NCBI GenBank assembly: GCA_035438705.1
Contig: DAORIV010000001.1
Span: 43,593-107,592 of the forward strand
Length of the DNA stretch: 64,000 bases
DNA from: Parcubacteria group bacterium
GTDB lineage: Bacteria; Patescibacteriota; Minisyncoccia; Phycocordibacterales; DATDWN01
Direction: 5' to 3'
Each line of letters starts with the position of its first letter. Positions within the stretch are counted from its first letter, which is position 1. Below the pieces are notes generated by a model. That model ran no database searches, was not told where the DNA came from, and saw only the letters and a list, made by a program, of their open reading frames with translations. Below are positions 54,847 through 64,000 of the stretch, piece by piece. A program made the translations under genes and the position numbers.

Positions 54847-55419
54847 ATGTTTAAAACAAACAAAGCATTTTCACTAGTAGAGTTGATTGTTACTGTTTCA
54901 ATTATGACAGTAATACTTTCTGTAGTTTTATACAACTATGGTGGTTTTAATGACAAGTTGGCGCTTTCCGCTGGAGCACAGGAACTTGCAGTTTCTATAA
55001 GACAGGCACAAGCATTTGGTATTAATGTTAAGGAATCTGCTGTTAGTAGCGGACAGTTTAACTATGCCTATGGGATATCTTTTAGTAATCAAACACCTGG
55101 AAGTTACTACATATATGTAGATTCAAACTCAAACAATAAATATGATTCAGGTGGAGGAGAGTTGGTAGAAAGAGTAGATTTTAAAAATGGAATAACTATA
55201 AACAATATTTGTGATTCTACGACTTGTCCAGCATCTGGGGTTACTACTATGAGTGTGAGATTTCTAAGACCCAACCCTGATGCACGAATATATTTTTTAA
55301 ATAGTAGTGGGACTGTAGTATCTGGTCCGATCTCATATGGAAGAGTACAACTTCGCTCACCTAAAGGAACTTTTTCATATGTTATTATTGAAAGTACTGG
55401 TCAGATAGTTGTTCAATAA
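54847..55419 (+). CDS. minor pilin/pseudopilin (FimT/GspH-like)
   Basis: KAF|SLVELIVTVSIM prepilin leader. Confidence 0.7.
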   Translation: MFKTNKAFSLVELIVTVSIMTVILSVVLYNYGGFNDKLALSAGAQELAVSIRQAQAFGINVKESAVSSGQFNYAYGISFSNQTPGSYYIYVDSNSNNKYDSGGGELVERVDFKNGITINNICDSTTCPASGVTTMSVRFLRPNPDARIYFLNSSGTVVSGPISYGRVQLRSPKGTFSYVIIESTGQIVVQ

Positions 55420-55987
55420 AATGTGTACCAACAAAGAATTAAAAAAAGGATTTACATTGATTGAGATTATGGTTTCAATTTCAGTGTTTGCAATAGTGAT
55501 GCTTGTCTCAAGTGGATCAATTTTTAGTGTTTTTGATGCAAATAGAAAATCGCAAACTCTTAGAAGTGTTATGGATAACCTGAATCTGTCTTTGGAGTCT
55601 ATGACCAGGACTATTCGTTTTGGAAGTGTTTACCATTGCGACATTACTCAAGGTGGGGCATTGAGTACTACTAGAGATTGTGCGGGTGGGGCTACTTCTA
55701 TTGCTGTTCTGGATTCTGCAGGGCAACAAATTGTATATAGATTAGACGGCACAAGAATTTCTAGAAGTATAAATGGTGGGGCATATCAGTATGTTACCGG
55801 TACAGATGTATCTATTAACAGCCTTAACTTTTTCGTTCTAGGTTCTACACCTTATTCAAGCGGTAGCAATATAATACAACCAAAAGTAATTATTTCCGTA
55901 ACTGGTCATGCGGGTACAAAAACTTCAAGTCGTACGGATTTTAGATTGCAGACTATGGTATCCCAAAGACTTTTTGATTCACAATAA
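55409..55987 (+). CDS. minor pilin (PilW/GspJ-like)
   Basis: KKGF|TLIEIMVSISVFAI prepilin leader. Confidence 0.7.
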   Translation: MFNKMCTNKELKKGFTLIEIMVSISVFAIVMLVSSGSIFSVFDANRKSQTLRSVMDNLNLSLESMTRTIRFGSVYHCDITQGGALSTTRDCAGGATSIAVLDSAGQQIVYRLDGTRISRSINGGAYQYVTGTDVSINSLNFFVLGSTPYSSGSNIIQPKVIISVTGHAGTKTSSRTDFRLQTMVSQRLFDSQ

Positions 55988-55988
55988 A

Positions 55989-56519
55989 ATGAAAAAAATT
56001 ACTAAAAAAACAGGATTTACTTTAGTTGAGACACTTGTAGCAATAAGTATTTTGTCATTGTCTATATTGGCAGGCTTTACTGCAGTACAAAATGGTCTTA
56101 AATCCTCACTCACAGCCAAAAATCAAGTCATTGCTTTTTATTTGGTACAAGAGGCAATGGAATATATCAAGAATAAAAGAGATAACAATGCTTTGGATTT
56201 TATCAATGGGGGAAGCAGTACATGGTTAACAGGTTTATCTTCGTGTGCAAGTCCATCAGTGTGTTATATAGATGTACCAACAGATACAATTACCGCTTGC
56301 TCCGGGGTAAATACTACATGTCCTAATTTGGTTGTTAAAAACTCAAATGGTTTATATGGCTATAATGCAGCGGGTGTCACAACAAATTTTAAAAGGGCAA
56401 TTTCTTATCAAGTAGTTAGTGCTGATGAAGTAACTGTTACCATATGGATAAGTTGGACACAGGGGATTACAACAAAATCATTTCAGGTTACTCATTCTTT
56501 GTTTAACAGACTGCAATAA
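55989..56519 (+). CDS. minor pilin (PilV/GspI-like)
   Basis: KTGF|TLVETLVAISILS prepilin leader; ATG at 55989. Confidence 0.7.
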   Translation: MKKITKKTGFTLVETLVAISILSLSILAGFTAVQNGLKSSLTAKNQVIAFYLVQEAMEYIKNKRDNNALDFINGGSSTWLTGLSSCASPSVCYIDVPTDTITACSGVNTTCPNLVVKNSNGLYGYNAAGVTTNFKRAISYQVVSADEVTVTIWISWTQGITTKSFQVTHSLFNRLQ

Positions 56520-56521
56520 TT

Positions 56522-56983
56522 ATGAATAATAAAAATAAAAAAAAGGCTGGTTTTACTATACTTGTAGCTGTGATAGTTACCGGAATGCTTCTTATAGTAA
56601 GTTTTGCTGTTGTAAATATTGCAGTAAGACAATTGATACTCGCTAATTCAAATGAGGAATCACAACATGCATTTTATGCGGCAGATAGTGGAACAGAGTG
56701 TGCTGTATACTGGGATTTTAGAAATGGTGTGAGTGCTTTTGCAACCACAAGTTCAAGTCTTATTTCCTGTGGAACAATGATAAATCAGTCTGTTGGCGGA
56801 GGGGGGCTAGGGAATGCTACAAGTACATTTCAGCTAAATTTCACAAAAGGATGTGCTGTGGTGCAAGTAGGTAAACACTATATTTCTGGAAATTTGGTTA
56901 CAATAATAGACTCTCGAGGTTATAACACTTGTGCCGTGGGAGCAATAAGAAAACTAGAGAGAGCTGAAAAACTTACCTACTAG
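56522..56983 (+). CDS. minor pilin (PilX-like)
   Basis: KAGF|TILVAVIVTG leader, 153 aa. Confidence 0.6.
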   Translation: MNNKNKKKAGFTILVAVIVTGMLLIVSFAVVNIAVRQLILANSNEESQHAFYAADSGTECAVYWDFRNGVSAFATTSSSLISCGTMINQSVGGGGLGNATSTFQLNFTKGCAVVQVGKHYISGNLVTIIDSRGYNTCAVGAIRKLERAEKLTY

Positions 56984-57003
56984 AAATCATACTTTTTTGG
57001 TAG

Positions 57004-59010
<2,007 letters not shown>

Positions 59011-59046
59011 TTCTTTCATTATTGTGGTATTATCGATTTTAAGGAT

Positions 59047-59325
59047 ATGGTAAATAAAGATGAAGTAAAGAATTTAGCTGATCTGGCTAGAGTCAGGTTA
59101 AGTGATGAGGAGGCTGAGGCTCTATCAAAAGAGATAGATTCTATCTTGGCGTATGTCGGACAAATAAAGGATGCCTCTGTGGAGGATGAGGTTTTGGTTC
59201 CTGTGTTGAAAAATGTAATGAGAGAAGATGAACCTAAAAACAAAGATGATGAATATACAGAAGATATACTAAATAATGCGCCAAGTAGAGAGGGGAGATT
59301 TCTGAAAGTTAAAAAAATTTTATGA
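59047..59325 (+). CDS. gatC: Asp/Glu-tRNA(Asn/Gln) amidotransferase subunit C
   Basis: 92 aa GatC-like, immediately upstream of gatA with 4-nt overlap. Confidence 0.85.
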   Translation: MVNKDEVKNLADLARVRLSDEEAEALSKEIDSILAYVGQIKDASVEDEVLVPVLKNVMREDEPKNKDDEYTEDILNNAPSREGRFLKVKKIL

Positions 59326-60749
59326 TAGATCTACATAAATTAACCATAAAAGAAGCTCGGGAAAATCTTCAAAAAAAAGTATTTTCAGCAAAAGATTTAG
59401 CTCTGAGTTATTTATCTAGAATAAAGGAAGTTAATGGAGATATTAATGCTTATCTGGAAGTATATGATGATGTAATAAAACAGGCTGAAGAAGCTGATAA
59501 AAAAATAGCAAATGGAGAAGATTTGCCACTGCTCGGAATACCTTTGGCTATTAAAGATAACATATTGGTAAGGGGCAAAAGAGCTACTTCAGCATCTAAA
59601 ATTTTGGAAGGTTTTATTTCTCCTTATGATGCGACAGTTATTACCAAGCTAAAAGAAGCTGGGGCAATTTTTCTGGGTAGGGTAAATATGGATGAATTTG
59701 CAATGGGTGGTTCTACAGAGAATTCAGCATTTGGAGTTACAAAAAATCCTCTTGATTTTACCCGTGTTCCAGGGGGTTCTTCTGGGGGCTCTATAGCTGC
59801 CGTGGCAATGGATGGGGCATTAGCTTCGCTTGGTTCTGATACTGGTGGTTCAGTTCGTGAACCAGCTTCATTTTGTGGTGTTGTGGGTTTAAAACCTACA
59901 TATGGAGGTGTTTCAAGACATGGTTTAATGGCACTTGGCTCTTCACTAGATGTTATAGGTCCTATTACAAAGACTGCAACAGATTCAGAAACACTTTTTA
60001 ATTGTATTAAAGGTATTGATCCTATGGATAGTACAACTTACAGTGAAGATACTTATCCAAAAGCAGTTGTAAAAGATAAAATGGTGATCGGTGTTCCATA
60101 TCATATTTTAAATAAAGGGGGTATTTCAAAAGAGGCGAGAGAAGTTTTCGATAATTCAGTAGATAAATTAAAAAAATTAGGTTTTGAAATAAAAGAAATA
60201 GAGTTGCCTAATATAGAATACTCGCTTGCTGTTTACTATATTATTATGCCTGCGGAAGCGTCTTCAAATTTGGCTCGTTTTGACGGAGTAAGGTTTGGTT
60301 TGCATAAAGACGGAGATAATCTGTTAGAAGATTACTTGAAAACAAAGGGGGAAGGATTTGGAAAAGAAGTAAGAAGAAGAATATTAATTGGAACTTATGT
60401 TCTTTCAGCTGGTTATCATGATGCATATTACAACAAAGCACTGAAGCTTAGATCCAAAATTTCAAAAGATTTTGAGAAAGCTTTTAAAGACGTAGATGCG
60501 ATAATTACACCGACAACTACTGGAGTAGCGTTTAAGATTGGTGAAAAAGCAAATGACCCACTATCACTTTACTTAGAAGATATTTTCACAGTTCCTGCCA
60601 ATATTGTGGGTATTCCAGCGATATCTATACCATCAGGAACAATTTCTGTTTCTGAAAAAGAGCTTCCACTTGGTTTGCAAATAATGTCAAAACATAACGC
60701 TGAGAATATTCTGTTTCATATTTCTAAAAAGTTTTTGGGGGAAAACTAG
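59322..60749 (+). CDS. gatA: Asp/Glu-tRNA(Asn/Gln) amidotransferase subunit A
   Basis: amidase signature GGSSGGS..., 475 aa. Confidence 0.93.
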   Translation: MIDLHKLTIKEARENLQKKVFSAKDLALSYLSRIKEVNGDINAYLEVYDDVIKQAEEADKKIANGEDLPLLGIPLAIKDNILVRGKRATSASKILEGFISPYDATVITKLKEAGAIFLGRVNMDEFAMGGSTENSAFGVTKNPLDFTRVPGGSSGGSIAAVAMDGALASLGSDTGGSVREPASFCGVVGLKPTYGGVSRHGLMALGSSLDVIGPITKTATDSETLFNCIKGIDPMDSTTYSEDTYPKAVVKDKMVIGVPYHILNKGGISKEAREVFDNSVDKLKKLGFEIKEIELPNIEYSLAVYYIIMPAEASSNLARFDGVRFGLHKDGDNLLEDYLKTKGEGFGKEVRRRILIGTYVLSAGYHDAYYNKALKLRSKISKDFEKAFKDVDAIITPTTTGVAFKIGEKANDPLSLYLEDIFTVPANIVGIPAISIPSGTISVSEKELPLGLQIMSKHNAENILFHISKKFLGEN

Positions 60750-60783
60750 ATACTCTATAATTACTGCTGTATAATATAAAAAT

Positions 60784-62208
60784 ATGGCGGATGATAAAGC
60801 TAAAAGCGACAAACCTGCAGCGGGTGGAAGTGATCCATTTGTTGAAATTGTATGGACAATCCTAGCTATTTTGCTTTTGGTCACAGCAATAAACAGTATA
60901 TCTGCTTTTCTAAGTCAAAGTAAGTTTTTTTCTAAAGGTTGGAAGTCTTTAACACCACAAGGTTTGCTTGCATCTACAACTAAACCAATTTCTTCACTTA
61001 TAAACCCAATCGGTGCAAAGTTTATAGTTACCTCAAGTAATGCAGATATTTATAACACCCCAGGTGGAGAAAAAATTTCAACAAAAAAACTTGGAGATAA
61101 GGGGGTGATTGTGGGCGGTCCAGTTAATTACAATGGTCAAAAATATTGGCAAGTAAAGTTTGATGATGGTACAACGGGTTGGGTAAATGAAAAGGATATT
61201 GGTGCTATAGTGCAAAAAATTACTCCAATGAGTGAGATGGAAACTCTTATTGGCACACAAGTAGAGACAAATAAAGAGGCTAAAGTATATAGCAGACCTG
61301 GTGAGGATGAAATTGCAACTGTTCCAAAAGGAAGTAAGGCTATTATAATTGAAGGCCCTCTAATTGTAGACGGTGTGAAATACTGGCACGTCCGTTTTGA
61401 TGATGGTACAGAAGGATGGGTAGATGAAGATGCTTTGGATAGTTTGAGTGGAGAAAGGGAACCTCTATCTAAAAAACCAAGCCTAATTGGCGGGAATGTG
61501 GAGACTAGTAAAGATGGCACTAAAATTTATGATAGTCCTGGTGGGAATGTTGTGGGAACAAAAGAAAAAGGTGTGTCGGGTAAAATTATTGAAGGTCCTC
61601 TGGTTGTAGACGGTGTGAAATACTGGCACGTCCGTTTTGATGATGGTACAGAAGGATGGGTTTCTGAAAATGATTTAGTTTACGTGGAACAGGATAACAG
61701 TGGGATAATTTTAAGTATAGTTAAGTTTTTAAGTAACCTATTTTCATTTACTAAATTTTTGTTGGTTGTCGTTTCATTAGGATTAATATTTTGGATAGTT
61801 TATTTATTGAATGGAATAAATAGATTGGCTTCCGAACAAAATAAATTATTGTATCCAAATGGTAGTGTTTCAGAATTACCAAACACTGAGGTTGGTAATC
61901 CAAGATGGGAAAGGGTTCTAAGTCACACTATTTCTCAGAATGAAAATGATTGGAGACTTGCGATCATGGAGGCAGATATAATGTTAGGGGATTTGCTGGA
62001 AACAATGTCACTTCCAGGCAATACTATTGGTGATAAACTTAAAGCCATTGAGAAGTCTGATTTCCTTACACTAGATAATGCTTGGGAGGCCCATAAGGTT
62101 AGAAATCTTATTGCTCATGAAGGCATGAACCATAAAATTACTCAAAAAGAAGTAAATAGAGTTATTGATTTATATAAATCTGTATTTGATGAATTTAAAA
62201 TAATATAA
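60784..62208 (+). CDS. membrane protein with three tandem SH3b-like repeats, a second TM and a C-terminal domain containing an R-x4-H (HEPN-like) motif
   Basis: repeats ...GPLVVDGVKYWHVRFDDGTEGWV...; TM at ~20-45 and ~310-340; KVRNLIAHEG near C-terminus. Confidence 0.6.
   Translation: MADDKAKSDKPAAGGSDPFVEIVWTILAILLLVTAINSISAFLSQSKFFSKGWKSLTPQGLLASTTKPISSLINPIGAKFIVTSSNADIYNTPGGEKISTKKLGDKGVIVGGPVNYNGQKYWQVKFDDGTTGWVNEKDIGAIVQKITPMSEMETLIGTQVETNKEAKVYSRPGEDEIATVPKGSKAIIIEGPLIVDGVKYWHVRFDDGTEGWVDEDALDSLSGEREPLSKKPSLIGGNVETSKDGTKIYDSPGGNVVGTKEKGVSGKIIEGPLVVDGVKYWHVRFDDGTEGWVSENDLVYVEQDNSGIILSIVKFLSNLFSFTKFLLVVVSLGLIFWIVYLLNGINRLASEQNKLLYPNGSVSELPNTEVGNPRWERVLSHTISQNENDWRLAIMEADIMLGDLLETMSLPGNTIGDKLKAIEKSDFLTLDNAWEAHKVRNLIAHEGMNHKITQKEVNRVIDLYKSVFDEFKII
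61348..61421 (+). repeat. SH3b-repeat DNA copy A (~74 bp)
   Basis: near-identical to 61588..61661 (53-nt perfect core). Confidence 0.8.
61588..61661 (+). repeat. SH3b-repeat DNA copy B (~74 bp)
   Basis: near-identical to 61348..61421. Confidence 0.8.
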
Positions 62209-62360
62209 TATTCTATCTCTTCTAGAGCTTTCTCTGTGGAATGTAAAATTCTCTCACGAGGATTTTAAATTATGCCCAACCTCCTCTCGAACCTTACAGG
62301 TTCAGTACACCTTTTGGATTTTTTGTTTCTATTCGAACAAAAAAGTCTCAAAAGGTCTTC

Positions 62361-62410
62361 GAGTCCGGACAAAAGCTGTCCCACAGCTTTTTCCGAGGCA
62401 CGCAAAAATC
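62361..62410. repeat. repeated hairpin element (CAAAAGCTGTCCCACAGCTTTTTCCG...) 3-prime of tRNA-Asp on the minus strand
   Basis: ~80% identical to 62670..62723. Confidence 0.5.
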
Positions 62411-62428
62411 CGCCTTTCAGCGGATTTG
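62400..62428 (-). terminator. terminator AAATCCGC-TGAAAG-GCGGATTTTT following tRNA-Asp
   Basis: hairpin plus T-run on minus strand. Confidence 0.6.
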
Positions 62429-62429
62429 T

Positions 62430-62506
62430 TGGCGCGCCCGGCCGGACTCGAACCGGTAACCTCTCCCGTGACAGGGGAGTGCTCTAACCAGTTGAGCTAC
62501 GAGCGC
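62430..62506 (-). tRNA. tRNA-Asp (anticodon GUC), CCA encoded
   Basis: GCGCTCG acceptor, D-arm TAGCTCAACTGGTTAGAGCA, anticodon loop CTGTCAC, T-arm CCGGTTCGAGTCCGG. Confidence 0.85.
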
Positions 62507-62560
62507 ATTTTCTGGTTAACAGGTAAAATCTACCAGATTTTTAGAAATATATCAATTTGT

Positions 62561-62582
62561 TTGTGTCGGCGGGAGGACTCGA
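62561..62582. repeat. 22-bp duplicate of the tRNA-Met 3-prime end (TTGTGTCGGCGGGAGGACTCGA); remainder not tRNA-like
   Basis: identical to 62727..62748. Confidence 0.6.
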
Positions 62583-62669
62583 CAACAACTCAAAATTCGT
62601 CGTCACTCATTTTGGTTTCTTTCCCAGCTCGCGACCTAGTTTGCTAACTAAGGTGCCCGCTCCGTTTTT

Positions 62670-62723
62670 CTAGTCCTCACAAAAGCTCTCCTAGAGCTTT
62701 TTCCGCGATACAAAAACAAATGC
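62670..62723. repeat. repeated hairpin element (CAAAAGCTCTCCTAGAGCTTTTTCCG...) 3-prime of tRNA-Met on the minus strand
   Basis: paralogous to 62361..62410. Confidence 0.5.
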
Positions 62724-62728
62724 TTTTG

Positions 62729-62802
62729 TGTCGGCGGGAGGACTCGAACCTCCGACCTTGGGCTTATGAGTCCCACGCTCTAACCACCTGAGCTACGCCG
62801 AC
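62729..62802 (-). tRNA. tRNA-Met (anticodon CAU; elongator-like, could be tRNA-Ile2/lysidine)
   Basis: GTCGGCG acceptor, D-arm TAGCTCAGGTGGTTAGAGC, anticodon loop CTCATAA, T-arm GGAGGTTCGAGTCCTCC, discriminator A, no CCA. Confidence 0.8.
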
Positions 62803-63036
62803 AATATAGGAAATATAACAGAAAATAAGGAAAAACGGAATATAAAACATACCAGGGACTTTTTCTAGATTCTTATTCGTCGACACTCATAAGAATCTAG
62901 AACGCAGATTTGCGACAATCCGTACTCGGATTGTAAACCGCAAATCTGTGCAAGTTCTGACGTAAACTACCCCAGGTAGTTTACTGTCCTCGAACAAGTA
63001 AGCAAAAACTCCTAAAAAGGAGTTTTTGCTTACTTG

Positions 63037-63107
63037 TTGCGGGACCAGGACTTGCACCTGGGTCTGCAGGTTATGAGCCTACCGAGATACTGCTTCTCTA
63101 TCCCGCT
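63037..63107 (-). tRNA. second CAU-anticodon tRNA (initiator-like 1:72 mismatch, atypical T-loop TGCAAGT); Met/fMet/Ile2 undetermined
   Basis: AGCGGGA/TCCCGCA acceptor with A1-A72, D-arm GAGA-AGCAGTA-TCTC, anticodon stem-loop GTAGG-CTCATAA-CCTGC. Confidence 0.55.
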
Positions 63108-63184
63108 ATTAAACTGACGGATGTATTCTACCATAAGTAGTTATGTATATCAATAATGGGATATTGCTGTGATATAATTCAATC

Positions 63185-63835
63185 ATGAATAAAATTGGTT
63201 CCGGTGTTCAGTACAATGCTTATGATATTGGAAACAATAGAATCAAAAAGATTCCAACCACTTTTTTTGAAAAAATTATAAGATTTCACAAGATTGCTAG
63301 AAAGTATAAACTCTATCTACACCCATTACATAATATAAAAACCTGTGTGCTTGCTAGTAAACAAACTAAAGAATCTGCTGAAAATTTATTGAAGCATATG
63401 GCAAGTATCGATCAAAGATTATTGGGTAATCCCAAAATCAATTCTGATTATAGTTATGAGCAAGATAAGGTGTATATATTTGGAGAGAAGCTTGATTCTT
63501 ATGACATTTCAAAACAAAAAGCATTAATCGATGCTTATATTGAAAATATATTGTCATGTTTTGATTATGGTTTTAGTGATACTAATTTTAATTTTATGAT
63601 AAACAGTGGTGTAACTGAAGACGGTAAGGTCATACTAATTGATTTAGGGGAGCTTAGTTGGAATAAGGAGGAAATAAGAAAATTGGTTATAAGTAAGCAT
63701 TGGGAAAAAAGGGGATCATTTAACAAATTAGAAGACGGCGAATTGAAAGATTATTTACGCAAGGAGCTAGAACAGAGAGTGAATATAGATAGCTTTGAAA
63801 ATAGATGGGGGTCAAAAATAAATAAGTATGAATAA
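63185..63835 (+). CDS. hypothetical protein (possible atypical kinase-like fold)
   Basis: 216-aa ORF; FSDTNFNF ... ILIDLGE loosely resembles catalytic-loop/DFG spacing of protein-kinase-like folds. Confidence 0.4.
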   Translation: MNKIGSGVQYNAYDIGNNRIKKIPTTFFEKIIRFHKIARKYKLYLHPLHNIKTCVLASKQTKESAENLLKHMASIDQRLLGNPKINSDYSYEQDKVYIFGEKLDSYDISKQKALIDAYIENILSCFDYGFSDTNFNFMINSGVTEDGKVILIDLGELSWNKEEIRKLVISKHWEKRGSFNKLEDGELKDYLRKELEQRVNIDSFENRWGSKINKYE

Positions 63836-64000
63836 GTTTAACTACTCCAAAGAGGAAGTATCTTTATTTAAGAAACTTTCTGCTCCTGCAAAAATTCAAG
63901 ATTATTTAAATTCAATATCTTTTAATTTTGAAAAGAATGGTCAGACTTGTTACTCACCTAGAGAAGTAATAAAAAATAAAACTGCACATTGTACAGAGGG
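63828..64000 (+). CDS. hypothetical protein, 3-prime truncated by window end
   Basis: ATG at 63828 overlapping upstream stop; MNKFNYSKEEVSLFKKL...AHCTEG. Confidence 0.35.
   Translation, partial: MNKFNYSKEEVSLFKKLSAPAKIQDYLNSISFNFEKNGQTCYSPREVIKNKTAHCTE

Noticed and set aside
62272-62647. ORFs 62272..62487 and 62426..62647 (+)
   Set aside because: They overlap tRNA-Asp, its terminator and the tRNA-Met 3-prime-end duplicate on the opposite strand. They are GC-rich tRNA DNA read in frame, not genes.

Overview
The window is AT-rich (~33-35% GC) and compact. Its core is a near-complete ribosomal-protein/translation-factor supercluster on the + strand: rpsL-rpsG-fusA ... tuf-rpsJ ... rplC-rplD-rplW-rplB-rpsS-rplV-rpsC-rplP-rpmC-rpsQ-rplN-rplX-rplE-rpsN(Z-type)-rpsH-rplF-rplR-rpsE-rplO-secY-adk-map. 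L30 (rpmD) is absent between rpsE and rplO, and no Shine-Dalgarno motifs are visible. Together with a secretin-less type IV pilus locus and DNA-uptake genes (ComEC, ComFC, ComGA/GB-like), this looks like a reduced-genome, Patescibacteria/CPR-like bacterium; that assignment is inference from gene content, not homology search. Other content: infC-rpmI-rplT on the minus strand; a full T4P locus (pilM/N/O, pilB, REC, pilT, pilC, three tandem major pilins, pilD, four minor pilins); ligA, gatC, gatA; sodA, malic enzyme, an M50 protease and a beta-CASP MBL RNase; two very large secreted multi-domain surface enzymes flanking a divergent ComGA/ComGB-like ATPase/platform pair; and five tRNAs, several with partial duplicates. 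The observations I would look at first are: (i) a 1004-aa acidic protein plus a 98-aa partner inserted between fusA and tuf with its own apparently leaderless promoter; (ii) a GC-rich 3.1-kb islet next to tRNA-Ser bounded by att-like direct repeats, carrying an alpha/beta hydrolase and a Mur-ligase-family gene; (iii) the ComGA/GB-like pair sandwiched between two surface polysaccharide-lyase-like giants that share a C-terminal amphipathic helix; (iv) ComEC split into two ORFs with sodA antisense between them; (v) a membrane protein with SH3b repeats and a C-terminal R-x4-H (HEPN-like) motif beside a tRNA cluster; (vi) a recurrent TTGACA-17-TAGTAT promoter and several promoters placed 7-9 nt upstream of ATG (apparently leaderless mRNAs); and (vii) a class-II tRNA with an apparent ACU anticodon and a tRNA-Ser 5-prime-half duplicate interrupted by a double-palindrome insert.
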